Below, piece by piece: positions 1 through 11,928 of a stretch of DNA of 38,023 nt. The notes beneath the pieces were generated by a model. That model saw nothing but the letters and a program-made list of their open reading frames with translations. It was not told the DNA's origin and did no database searches. Numbering within the stretch: the stretch's first letter is position 1; each line of letters opens with the position of its first letter. A program made the position numbers and the translations under genes. This stretch comes from Guillardia theta CCMP2712 (taxonomy: Eukaryota > Protista > Cryptophyta). The stretch is taken from positions 933,204-971,226 of the forward strand of contig NW_005434660.1 in the NCBI RefSeq assembly GCF_000315625.1. Reading direction: 5' to 3'.

Positions 1-90
1 TCTTGTCCTCGGTCTGTCTGCGCTTGATTCCCTCTTCACGTTTGTGCTCTTCACCCTTTTTACTCTCTCTCCTCCTCCTCCTCCTCCTCC

Positions 91-130
<40 letters not shown>

Positions 131-178
131 TATCGTCGTCATCGACTGGTCCGCTGACTGTCTCTGTCTTGTCTTCAG

Positions 179-965
179 CCTCGTGGATCAGGAGGAGGAG
201 GAGCGGGAGAGGCTGGGGATCGCATTGTGAACCAGATCCTGACAGAGATGGACGGAGTTGGAGCGAGGAAGAACGTGATCTGCATCGGTGCGTCCAATAG
301 GCCTGACATGCTCGACCCTGCCGTCTGCCGTCCCGGACGTCTTGATCAGGTTGATATGAACTCCGTCGTCCGTCCCTCCCTCCCTCCCTCCCTCTCCCTC
401 CCTCCCTCCCTCCCTCCCTCCCTCCCTCCCTCCCTCCCTCCCTCCCTTCCTCCCTCCCTCCCCCTCTCCCTCCCTCCCTCCTCCCTCTCTTCCTCCCTCC
501 TACGACTTGTTCTCCTTCTCACCTTCTCCCAGCTCGTGTACATCCCCGTGCCCGACAAGGCATCTCGTGTCAAGATCTTCCAAGCCTGTCTGAGGAAGTC
601 GCCGCTGGACCCTGCGGTAGACATCGATGCCATGGCCGAGGTGACGGAAGGATTCTCCGGCGCAGGTCAGGAGGCGATCTCAACCCTGTCTTGCAACCTA
701 CCTCCCCTCCCTCCCTCTCCCTCTCCCTCTCCTCTCCTCTCCTCTCCTCTCCTCTCCTCTCCTCTCCTCTCCTCTCCTCTCCTCTCCTCTCCTCCTCTCC
801 TCTCCTTTCCCCTCCCCTCCCGTCTCGCCCTCTCCATCCTCCGTGTCTTGCCTTCACTAACAGCAACATCAGGGAGGAGCGGACCTGGAGGCCATCAAGG
901 CCATGGGGTCGGGAGGAGGAGCTGCAAAACCAGCGGCAGACGATGAGGAGGATCTCTACTCATAA
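179..965 (+). CDS. CDC48: CDC48/p97/VCP AAA+ ATPase, 3' part (D2 domain and C-terminal tail); 5' part lies outside the window
   Basis: Exon 179-349 reads [57 protein letters not shown]. Exon 533-665 reads [44 protein letters not shown]. Exon 864-965 reads [33 protein letters not shown], the DDxDLYx HbYX tail of p97. Introns are GT-AG. The segment between GFSGA and the last exon is missing (see findings). Confidence 0.95.
372..500 (+). repeat. Intronic (CCCT)n microsatellite
   Basis: Tandem ccct units within CDC48 intron 350-532. Confidence 0.95.
700..820 (+). repeat. Intronic (CCTCT)n microsatellite
   Basis: Tandem cctct units within the CDC48 666-863 interval. Confidence 0.95.
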
Positions 966-1192
966 TCAGCGGAGACGTCGGAGATGGAAAGTTTGTGTTG
1001 GGATGACGTGGAATGTGAGAAGTGAAAGTAGAAAGGAAGACAGAAATGATCTTGTGAAGTTGTCTTGTTCTGCTAGATTACATGAAATCGTTAACAGCGA
1101 TCTTTCTGTGTTGGATCATCGTCGTTCCCACCTGCTCCTCCTCCTCCCTTCCGTCAATACTGGTCTCGCTCTTCCCCTAGAGCACCCGTGTT

Positions 1193-1799
1193 TCATCGCT
1201 CATTCCTCGGGATTCCAAAAAGATCTTCAACCTGCAACACCACACGGTCAGCAATGGAGGAGGACGAGGGAGGAGGGAGAGATAGCTGAGAGAGCAAGAG
1301 AGGAGGAATGCAAGACAGTAACGATTGTGTTGAGAGCGTACCTGGCGGTGAAACTGGCTGAAGGGAGGGCTGGTGTCAATGGGAGGGAGTGAGCGAGTGT
1401 TGGCAGCCGCAGCAGCGAGGAGAGGAAGGAAGTTGAAGGAGACGAGCATCCTGACTGTCCCCACGACGCTTCCCTCCCGGTCCAAGTAGACGTCCAGCTC
1501 CATGCTCTGTTGCAATGTCAGTGTGCGAGCGAGCGAGCGAGCAAAGAGCGAAGAACGGAGGAAGGCGAGGGAGAAGGGAGGAGGGAGGAGGAGGGAGGGA
1601 GGAGACAGGAAACAGGAGAGGAGGGAGGGATAGAAACCTGGCCATGCAGCAGCTGCGAGAGGTCGATGGTTGCCTTGCCGACAAGCTCATCGTCACTGAA
1701 ATTATTCTGCTGGAAGATTTCGATGTGGAGGTCAAACTTCTCTTCCGAGAGCTCAAACTGAAACCTGAAGGAGGATGAGAAAGAAAAAGAGGATGAAGA

Positions 1800-1836
<37 letters not shown>

Positions 1837-2070
1837 CCGAGAAGGAGAAAGAGAAGGAGAAAGAGCGAGGGCCAACAAGCCAAGGGCAACAACTTACATC
1901 TCGTTGTACTGCGGATTGAAATCTTTCTTAACGACGTTGGAGAAATGTTTGTGATGTGACGAATTCCCTTCTTCTGTCTTGAAGCTTCCGGCATACTAAA
2001 AGCAACGGTCATCTTGGTTGTTACCTTCACCCTCTACTTCATCTCTATCGTCGTCGTTCACACCGTTCTG

Positions 2071-2144
<74 letters not shown>

Positions 2145-5100
2145 TCTCCTGCTCAACCTCTCTACAATCCACAACACTTTCCTCCTCATCTGCAACTACG
2201 ACGATGGCACGATCTTCATCTTCATCTTCATCTTCGCCGTCAGACTTTTCAAGGTGCTCACTTTGAGGATAACGTAGGTCGAAGGTCTCTCTGCTCCAAA
2301 GATGTCCACCTGAGAGCAGGAAAAAAAATGTGAGCAGAAGACGTGGACAAGGTAGCGCAGGAAAGAGGAGAGGAGGAAGAGGAGGAAGAGGAGGAAGAGG
2401 AGGAAGAGGAGGAAGAGGAGGAAGAGGAGGGGAAGAGGAAGGGGAGAAGTCAGGAGGAGAGGGGAAGAAAGGGAAGGAAGGGAAAGGGAGGAAGGGGAGG
2501 GAAGGGAGGAAAAGGGAGGGAGGAAGCGGGAGACAGCAAGGGAACAGGAGGAGGCTGAGGAGGAGCAACAGGATCAAGAAGCTTCTGCAGCACCTTCACC
2601 ATGGGCTCGATGGGAACCAGGTTGCGTGCAGAGATGACGTGAACGTTGAGGTGTCCGACAAACTTCTTGTTCGAGCTGAGAAGCATGAGTGAGAGACTAG
2701 CAGAAAAGGAGGATGAAAGATGAGAGCTGGAGCGGGAGCAGGGACAGGAGCGGGAGCGGGAGCAGGGGCAGGGGCAGGTAGAGTAGGGAGTCCAGGTTGA
2801 CAGCATGCGCACAAGATGAGATACCGCAGCGCCGCCATCATTCGGTTTCTTCGCTTGTGAATCGCTATGGCATCCTGCAACCTGGATTGAACTGTAAGAG
2901 AAGGAAAGGAAGAGCAGGGGGAGCAGGGGGACGAGGAAGAGCAGGAGGAAGTGCAGGAGCAGGAGCAGGAGACTGCATTTTGACGGACGGTTGGACCTGC
3001 AGGAGTTGTATCTCTTCTCTAGCGAGTCGAGCTTCGAAGCTTTACTCTTCCTCTTCCTCGTCTGCAGCTTGTCATAGGCAAAGGGCCAGTGTGGAGTAAT
3101 CAAGGAAATGGAGGTGGAGATAGAAAAAGGACGTGGGCAGGAACAGAGGAAGTAGTGGAAGAGGAAGAGAGCAGGAAGAGTAAAGCAAGAGGAGCAGGAA
3201 GGGAGAGGAGATGAAAGTAAGAGGAGGAGGCGACGGAGGCTAGCTGGCAAGGTTACCAGCAGAACTTCATCGAGGAGGGAGGCAAGGAAGCTGTCGCCGC
3301 CGTAATGGCACCAGAGCGCCTGCATGTGGAGACCATCGGGGCCTTCGAAGAGCTCCAGGCAAGGGTCGTCAGCAGCCGACAAGTCGAGGCTGGTCCTGCC
3401 GACCTCGTGTGAGGGGGGGGAGGAGGAAGAAAGAAGAAACGAGAAGTGGGTTTGCTGCTGAGGGAGGCTAGAGAGAGGGGAGGATCGGAGATCGAGAGGA
3501 GCAGAAACAGGAGGTGCAGGGGCAGGAGCAGGAGGAGAGAGGAGAGAGCGGAGGAGAAGGAGGAAGGGTTGAGGAGCCCTACCCTGCCTCGAGGACGGTG
3601 GCATAGATTTCGAAGAGGAGAAAGTCTCTTATCCTCTCCCTCCATCCCCGGATGGCCCCAAGAAGGCGCTTCCCGATGATTTGAGGAGCAGACTTCTGCC
3701 ATTCCAGGTTCTCCTCCTCCTCCCTGCAAAACTCTCAGCTCCCGTCCTCCTGCTCAAAATCACAAGCAGAACCACTCAGAGAAGAAGGCGCTGGACAGCT
3801 TGGCGTCCTCCTCCATACTGTCCCTCCTCCTCCTCTCGTAAAACTCGTCCATGGAGTAGTGCGAGGTGTCCATCACCTCCCGAGCCTCCTCCCTCCTCTC
3901 GGTTCCTTTCCCTGCGCCCCTCCCGTTCATGATCGAGTGCGAGAAGTCAGAGAACTTGTCGGAGAAGCGAGACATGGAGGAGACAGGGGAGGAGAGACGG
4001 GTCGATACGTTGGAGACAGCAGCTTTGAGGTGATCGTGGATGCTGTTCAGACTCTTTGTCTTCTGCTTCTGCTTCTTCGCCCATAACGAGACTCCCTGGA
4101 AGACTTTCTGAGCAGAGCGGAACTCCGACTTGCTGGGGGGAGAAGAGGACTTGTTGTGATTGACGTTCTTCTCCTTCTCATCCTGCAGCATCTTCTCCTG
4201 GATGAACTGTGTGCTTCTCGACGCTCGCTCGCTCGGGCTGTTCCCATTGAGTGGGAAAGACACATCCTCCACCTCCTGAAACCCGATGGAGTCTTCAAAC
4301 TGCTCGTTTCCTGTGTCCTCGTCTCCTCCTCCTCCTCCTCCTCCTCCTCCTCCTCCTCCTCCTCCTCCTCCTCCTCCTCCTCCGTGGTTTCCCGTTGAGT
4401 GCCTCAGCGTGTCAATTTCAGAGGGGCCGGAGATGGCGAGGCGGAGACGGGAGAGGAACTTACGGACGAGAATCCACATCAAACAGCCGTCAGCGCATCT
4501 GTCCAGCATGCTCTTGATCCCCTTCCTCTCCCCGTCGTCCGACAGCTCTGATCGCGCGTCGTCGTCAGTATACACGTCCTCGAGGCTGGCGAAGGACTGT
4601 GAAGGCTCGGAGATGGAGGAGGCAACACTCTGCTGCGAGTTCGCAGCGTCCGGCAACTTGCACTTCCTGGAGCCGATGTGGAAGACGGAAGGGTTGCAGG
4701 CCTGCATCAGCCAAGAGAGAGCGGCGGAGTAGTTGTCGTCCGCTACCCCCTCGTTCTCCGTCATCAGCTCCTTCAGGCACTCGAAGTCCCTCCTCGTCCA
4801 AATCAGCAGGAAGTGGACGGTCATCACGCTCGCTGCCAGCACCGCCAGCGCCCCTGTGTCGCCATGGTTGTCCACCGAGAGGCTGTGCAGGACGAGCTGG
4901 AGGAACTTTCCCTTCCTCTCAAGACGCGAGAGCGCAGATCGAGGGAGGTTGCCCATGTAGTCGAGGTAGAGGATGCGGTCGGTGATGGAGTCTGCCATGG
5001 CTGAGGTGAGAGGGTGGATCGCCACCTGGGCGAGCGTCTCCGTGCGGGAGGTCATGCTCCCCTCCCAGAAGCCTGTGACAAGAGCATGCGACAGGCGCCA

Positions 5101-8100
5101 GAAGCCGCGGATGAGGCAGAAGCGAACGAGGAGGGGAGTGACGAGGTAGAGAGAGACGCTGAGGCTGTTGAGAGTGTCGAGCAGCACCTGCTTGAACTTG
5201 AGAAGGTCTACCTGATTCTCTCCTGTGGACGCGTGCTTTGATCCCTCGGCTCGAATCATCTCTGCCAGCCGAGCCAGACAGATCTGACATGCCAGCGCCT
5301 GAACCTGAGGAGGAGGAGGAGACGATGACGATCGAGTCTTGGCGAAGTATGATTCAGCAAACAGAGCGCAGCCGTCTCCTGTCAGGCTGTAGATGATCCC
5401 ATGAGTCATGTCAGCCTCCTGAGGCTTCGGGATGAAGATCCTCCGCTCTTTGATCCTCATTTTTGGGTCGCTGCGCACGACATGCAACAGAGTCTCCGTG
5501 CAAGGATGCAGGTCAGGCCCCACCTCAAACGAGCTCTGCCGACTTCCCTCGTTCTGCTCTCGTCCCCCCCCCCCATCCTCGTCGTCGTCCCCTATCCTCG
5601 TTAGCAGGCTGCTCCCCAACTTCGGCTTCTCGGTCTCTTCCTGCTCTTCCAGAGACTCCAGGCTCCTCTGGTCAAGGACGGACCACAGGACGACACTGGA
5701 CGTCGCGAACATCTCCAGGCTCCAGTAGCACGCGTGCAGCAGCCCTCGGTCCCCCTTCTGGTAGGCGTGGGGGAGGATGACGTCACGGATCACCGACCGC
5801 TTGCTCACTTCGCCCTCGTTCGCGTCGTTTGTGCACAATCGAACCACCATGAGCGCTAGATGAAGTTCTGACATGTTGCGAACCTTGCAGGGTACCAGTC
5901 AGACTCTCTACTAACCCTCCTCCTCTCCCCCTCCCTCCCCTCCCCCTCTTCCTTCTCGCAACCTTCCACTCCTACCCTCCTCCCTATGCCACCCGGCTGT
6001 TTCTGCGCTGCCCTCTTCTCCCTTACCAGCAAGTCGATCGCATCTCTCAGCCTTCCTGCAAGGATGAAGAAAGCGACCGCAGCCTCGTAGTTGTGCTTCC
6101 CCACAAGTGTGAAAGCGTTCTTACAGGCGGCCGTACGCGATCCCTCGTCTGCTTCAAAGTCTCTGAGGAGGAAGGAAGAAATCTACAAAGAAAGTGTCAG
6201 TTGGCTCCCTCTTACTGCTGCAGCACCTGCTGCTGTCCCTCCTCCTCCCCATCCTCCCCCTCCCTCACCTTCGTCTCTTGCGATGCCTTGAAAAGTGCTG
6301 CAAGGACTTTGACCTTCCCAGCTAGCACGTACCAGAGAGCTGCGTCCATGGGCACCTGCCGTCGCTTCATCCTCTCCTTCCCGATCTTCTCTGCGAGGTC
6401 TCGGAGGTGCGAGGTGCGATGTACCCAGAGGGCAGGCCAGCACGCCAGCCAAGAGGCTTCTGCTCCCTCCTCCACTCCCTGGTCCAGCAGGACCTCTTGC
6501 GAATCCGAGTGCAGAGCGTAGCAGAGGGCGACGGATGGAACAGGACGAGGAGGAGAGCTCTCTGCGTCAGCGTCCCCTGCCCCGCTCACCGTACAATACG
6601 ACCGGAAGGAGAGGAAGGAGATCCTTCCCGGCAGGTCAAGGGATGAGCTGAACCCGTTGGAAAGGAAGCAGGAGAAGGCACGTAGCAGACGAATCAGGAA
6701 CCTGGTCTCCTCGACAGAGAGACCCACTAGCGTCCTCCACCTCTTGCTCTCAGCAGAACTCTCCCCGGTGACGTCTTGGACGATCCTCGCGAGGATGGTC
6801 TCAAGATAGCTGCACAGCACGAGTCAGAGCGAGAGCAAGGAATAGACTGCTGAAGGAATGTGAGGAAGGGAATGCAAGTCACGCACCTCAGGAGCTCCTT
6901 CACCTCCGTGCATGTGATAACATTCTCCTCCTTGTGGTTTGCACTGTGAGAAGTCGGCAGGTTCTCGTCGCCGTCTCCATTCTGCTTTTGCTCGCTAGCG
7001 TCGCACGGCGGCGAGGTCAGCAGCAGCTCCACTCCCTCCACCTTCTCCTTGATTGCATCGAAGTCAGGCGATCTCCTGAAAGCTCCCTTCTCCTCATCCC
7101 AAACGTCTGCCCCCTCTCCCCCTAGCAACTCGAGCAACACAGGCTCCTTCGCTATCAACTTTGCAAGTGCGAGCGTCTTCGTCGCGTCAGACACTTTGAG
7201 CATAGCAAGCTTCTTGACTCCATCGAGGTTGGCCCCTCTGAGGGCCTCCACTGACTTGCTGGACTTCCCTTCCTCCTCAATCCCCTTCAAGGATGACGTC
7301 ACCGCATCCAACGATTGGTCTGAATCGGAATCGCTTTCTCTCGTCGCAGGCGTCAGAGAGTCCAACGAGAGATTTTGAGTTGACGGCACAGTCGACAGAC
7401 TCTGCGTCTTGATCTCCAAATAGAGGGTTTTCAGCAGATTCGCGGCTTCCGAGATCTAACAAGGTCAATGAGCTCTAGGGAGAGCAAAGGCGAGAGAGGA
7501 CACTGAAATGACAGCCATTGGCAGAGATGACACGTGGAGGAAGGGACAAGACGCTAACCTGTCCAGCAAGGATCGCCTGCATGATACTCGTGGGATGGTA
7601 GTAAACCACACTAATGCCTGATCGTATCCAGTCTAGGTACGTCCACAGCCCGGGAGCAGCTTCTTGCGCCTTACTGGTCTGGCTGATGAGCTTGCTTCTC
7701 GAGAGCGATCGGGGGATCCCCATCGAGTGTTTGGTGAGGCTAAACGTCTCGACGTTCCTGTGAGCAAAGATGCAGCAGGAAGGGTGACAGCGGAAGATAT
7801 GAAGAAGAGGGAGGAGAGAAGGGGGAGACGCAGGCGACAAGGGAGAAGCAATGCAGACAGTAAGCCTCGTCTCTCAGAGCATTCAAACGACTCACGTCAG
7901 AGCGTTGGCGTTGTAGATGCCTGCTCCCAGAAGCAGCAGGCCCCCGCTCGCAGGATGGGACATGATGATGCTTCCATCTGTACACCAGCACATGGTAGGA
8001 GAGGGGGAGCAAAGAGGTGAAGGAGCCGGCGATCGAACAGGATCCACAGCAATCTTGCGCACAAGGAACCATTTGCGAACAAACTTCCTGACCTTGAGGA

Positions 8101-11100
8101 CCTCTGAAGCCTCCTCTTCTCCTGTAAGATGTCAGGAAAGGCCGAGACTATCCTAGAGGGGACCTTCACACTGCCAGCTCCATGCCATGGAGGCAAAGAT
8201 GTAGCATGAAGAACTGGAAGCGTCACGATCCAGGACCGAGATGATACAGTTGCCGTCCCCGATGAGAATGTTGGAGCAGATGGCGGAGGTGGAGAAGCGT
8301 TGAGGAAGGGTTGACTCGATCCTCCAGCGGTTAGAAGAGAAGCGCTCGAAGACGATAGCAAGAACCTGCGAGTACTCCATTTCAGCTAGTTGAAAGGGAG
8401 AAGTGGGTAGCAACAGAAGGTGGGAGGGAGGGGACGGGGGAGGGAGGGGACGGGGGATCCTGATTGGGATACAGAAGAGGACAGTCAGAGTGAGGAGGAG
8501 ACCTCGTCAGTTGTGTTGTCTTTTGCCAGGACCAGCATGTCCCACGCGGTGAGGAACTTGGCGTGAATAACGGTCATGTCCTCTCCTACCAATGGAATGG
8601 TCTCCCTCTCTTCCACGGCGCCCGAAGAAATCTCCACAAGCTTAACGCAGTCAGAAGCGGAACTGATCGCGAGCATGTTCGATCGTTTGTCGACGCTCCA
8701 CCTGGAAAGAACGAGGAGCCAAGCAGTCAGATTCGAGCTGTTGTCCTCCACCGCCATCAGGAAACTCACGATGCATCGAGGGGGTCATAGTGCGTGAGGA
8801 AAGAAGGTGAGCAGTCCAACTTCAACTCTCCGATCTTCAGCACCAAGTCCACGATCGGGATCCCGTTAGCATCCGCTGAAACAGTCACGTTCCACACGAG
8901 GAGATGATTCCTCACTAAAAGCACGAGGTAGTGAGAGTCGGTCTTGTCTCCGGCTCGGATAGTCCGCAAGATACAAGAGTCGCAAGGTCCCTCTCCCAGC
9001 TCGACCTCAGCACAAGCTTGCAGGACACTACCCGAGCATTCCCAGATGTATGGCTGCATGTTGAACGCCTGCAGCGATCGCCCATCGCACCCTATCGCCC
9101 AGGCCAGGCCTGACTGCCAAACTCCTCTTGCAGAGTCGATAGGCGGAGTCCATTCCACCGCCATGAAGCGACCAGCAGCAATACCAAATGACTGCATTCC
9201 GAAGCCAACGCTGTTGGTAAGATCACTCATCCAGAAGATCACTTCTCCCGATGTGCTGCACGTGCACACGAAGGGTTGTGTTGGATGTGCGCTGACATGT
9301 TGCACCTGGCCAACATGGTGAATCCACATGCCATCCTTCCCCCCCCCCCTTCCTCCTCCTCCTACCTTGTGATAATGCGCGGAATACTCGCAGACCTTCA
9401 TCGGGATGTTCATTTCCCGTCGTATGGACCAGCTGGTCATCCACCTAGAGCTCTTGTCCTCTGACTCCACGACCCCGCAGATCTTGAGAATGGACCCTTC
9501 CATCCCATGATGAGAATCTTGAAAGTCTTCTTCGGTCAGGTGAGATGTTGCAATCTTGACACTCAAGATCCTGTCTGACACCCTCTCTCGAGGTTTGGAG
9601 CTGGAGTTGTCCACCAACAGACCCAAACTTCGGATCGAACGTGCACGGCAGGTTGTCATCGGCGGGAGGAGAGAACAATTTCGGACACATTGACTGTTTG
9701 ATACCTTCAAGACCTGACTCTCGATGTGGCAAGAAACTTGAAAGATGCGCAAGTTGCCATCAGCTCCTATCATTACGATAAAATCTGAACAGCTTACATC
9801 ACCTCGAAATTCATTCTCGACCTGCAACAAATCCGTCACTTCCTATAGAAAAGATCGGTCACGTTGCATGCCTGCCAACCATGATGCCCAAGTTTTCTTG
9901 CAGCGTTCTTTGGGTTTCCAAGACCATTGAAGATGTCTTCCACTGCTGCTTCAGCTCTTTCGATCACACTGTGAGATTTGCCTCCCTTAGACTGCCTGTG
10001 AGGCGAGTGACTGTGGCCATGGAGCTCAAAACTATGTTTGTGATCTCTCTGATCCTTGGATTCACTTCGTCTTTGGAAGGAGATAAAACAATCCTTTCCA
10101 CTATCAGATGCAACTGTGCACCCGTTGTAGATGTTGACAACCCAGTCATCCGCGTTGGGATGGCTACAAGAGCAAGATAGAGCCTTCAAAAAATCATGTC
10201 ATTCATCAACGACAGTGAAGGGTGTGATGTTTTTCGATACAGGTGTTTCCAATCACAACCCAGTCTCCACAAACAATGGCACTCACGCACTCACTCACGC
10301 ACGCACGCACGCACGCACGCACGCACGAATATACGAATGTGTCTCACGTTTGATTTGCCGAGACTGTCTTGTATAAGCAGGAGATATGATGAACTCCTCA
10401 TTGAACGGACAAGAAGAGAAGAGAAGTGGACTGACTTCAGAGCTCCATGCTTGCTGCTTATCATCGCAAGACTCCAATCATCGTTTGAAATAACTTGAAG
10501 ATACAGATCTCCTGCAACTTTGACATCCTTGATATCATGCTGCCAAAAGCGTCAACGTCGTGCAGACGAACTGCTCGTGTTACACACCTCAAGGTCAGAG
10601 CCACTTATCGTCTGGTGCATATGAATGCCTATTTCACATTTCAATTTATCTTTGTTCAACTTCAGCAAGTTATACCCGTGCAAAGATGTGAAAGAGGAAT
10701 CAGGAAACACTTGGAAGACTTGGGTGAGCAATAGCCGACAAGTCCCTGATAAAAAAATGTGAGCCAAACGAGCCCATTCCATGTTTCCAACATACTCCAT
10801 CTTCGGTCACAGCAACGTTAGGTCTCTCCTTCGAGTTCGGAGAATACTCGGTGGCATCGCAGGAGACTATGCAATTCCAGAATTTTCGGTTTGGTTCTGC
10901 CTCGGGTACATTCAAAAAAGTGTGCATTGAATCACGATATTTCGACGTTTTTGAATAATTGCAGTTGATTTTGTGTAGATCCCACAAACAGAGACCATTC
11001 TCATCTGCACATATCAGAACGGGAACTAGTGGGCTCCATTCTATCACAAGAGCCCCCATCGGAATCACTAAAGACAACTGCCAGGCAAATGGGAAAAACT

Positions 11101-11536
11101 CTGACGAGGACATCGAGGACGTTGCTTTCATGACCGGTGCAAAAATAAAGATCTGTTTGAAGGACTTGTTAGCAGCAAGACAGAAAGAATGATCGCAATC
11201 AACCTTGTCTCTGCATGAAGCTGCTATCGCACCATACGTTGCTGACTCTGGAGTCTTGCTGCGATGAGCAGTAGTAGAGTGTGCGCTGGCAGATATCGGA
11301 CAATTCGTCTTCCAGCAAAGACACTGAACTTCGTCACAGAGCTCGTCAGAAGTCTGAATGACAGTGAACTTTTTGTCTCGTCGTGCGATGATGATCCTGT
11401 TACCAGATGCAAAGACCACCAATGAAAATCCAGCATATTCGCCCTCGCACAGACATTGCGGGGAATCGCTGGGCGCGGGTGGGATGAACCTCAACAAAGG
11501 ATCATTCTGGGAGAACTTTGCATCCCGGAAAACCAT
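1193..11536 (-). CDS. RAV1: Rav1/DMXL (RAVE / Rabconnectin-3 alpha) V-ATPase assembly factor homolog, multi-exon, with WD40-like N-terminus, Rav1p_C region and C-terminal C2 domain
   Basis: N-terminus MVFRD..LLRFIPPAPSDSPQCLC..VVFASGNRIII..FTVIQT parallels the Rav1/DMXL start. WD-like segments are present (HVGQVQHVSAHPTQPFVCTCSTSGEVIFW; YYHPTSIMQAILAG). The Rav1p_C signature is AALWYVLAGKVKVLAALFKA...SFLLRDFE..SRTAACKNAFTLVGKHNYEAAVAFFILAGRLRDAI..LHLALMVVRL. A phase-consistent splice path runs to a C2 domain and stop VEDLFGIPRNER* at 1193. Internal 5' exon boundaries were not fully resolved. Confidence 0.85.
2068..2153 (+). repeat. Intronic (CTCCTG)n hexamer repeat
   Basis: Tandem ctcctg. 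The same unit recurs at ~33878-33918, ~36345-36495 and ~36962-36988. Confidence 0.95.
2363..2440 (+). repeat. Intronic (GAGGAGGAA)n 9-mer repeat
   Basis: Tandem 9-nt purine unit. Confidence 0.9.
4323..4383 (-). repeat. Exonic (GGA)n encoding poly-Gly in Rav1/DMXL
   Basis: In frame within the 704-aa ORF, giving a run of about 20 Gly. Confidence 0.85.
10281..10327 (+). repeat. (GCAC/ACTC)n tetramer repeat, probably intronic
   Basis: actcacgcac..gcacgcacgcac tandem units. Confidence 0.85.
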
Positions 11537-11876
11537 GTTGCTCTCTAAATAGAAGTCCTGTGAGAAGATCTTGCCGTCATTGTCAGCTGGGAGTACAAAT
11601 CTGCGACCAGTCAAAGGGGCGTTTGCAATTTCATCAGTGCCGATTCAAGGTCTATGCCTCAAATATCTTTTGTAATGCTGGGATCTGTTCCTACTTGGCC
11701 ATGTCTTGCAGCAAAACCAGCCTTCCCGCCCATTCCTATACAACATTTGTTAGCGATCTGGGAGTTTTTTGATGTAAAAATTCAATACAAAATCAATTGT
11801 TTCTCACGCTTGAACTAAATTTTAGTTTGCCTTCCCAGAATTTGAATGGAAAAGCCTTACGAAACGACTCAGCTGA

Positions 11877-11928
11877 CTGTGCAGACATTTTATGCTCTTT
11901 TCTGTGTAGACATTTTATGCTCTTTTCT
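11877..11928 (+). repeat. 25-bp tandem duplication upstream of RAV1
   Basis: ctgtgcagacattttatgctctttt followed by ctgtgtagacattttatgctctttt (one mismatch). Confidence 0.9.

Larger units (their letters stand above)
1440..2680 (-). other. C2 domain exons at the C-terminus of the Rav1/DMXL gene
   Basis: Spliced: FVGHLNVHVISARNLVPIEPMVK|VDIFGAERPSTYVILK|YAGSFK..FSNVVKKDFNPQYNEM|FQFELSEEKFDLHIEIFQQNNFSDDELVGKATIDLSQLLHGQ|SMELDVYLDREGSVVGTVRMLVSF. This follows the C2 pattern LxVxVxxARNL..PYV..KxxNPxW/YNExF..LxIxxxDxxxxxxDxxxGxxxIxL. Confidence 0.85.

Noticed and set aside
3-230. Poly-Leu/poly-Ile 'membrane peptide' ORF
   Set aside because: (CTC)n/(ATC)n repeats in the CDC48 intron that ends at the acceptor at 178.
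350-532. Pro/Ser-rich insertion in the CDC48 ORF
   Set aside because: A stop-free 183-nt GT-AG intron. Removing it restores the canonical GRLDQLVYIP.
1996-2577. ORFs encoding (EQ)n, poly-Leu, (CS)n or poly-Glu
   Set aside because: These are translations of intronic microsatellites. The real exon here is the short C2 piece VDIFGAERPSTYVILK in another frame.
11877-11928. CRISPR-like repeat or transposon target-site duplication
   Set aside because: Only two adjacent copies, with no spacer, terminal repeats or transposase.
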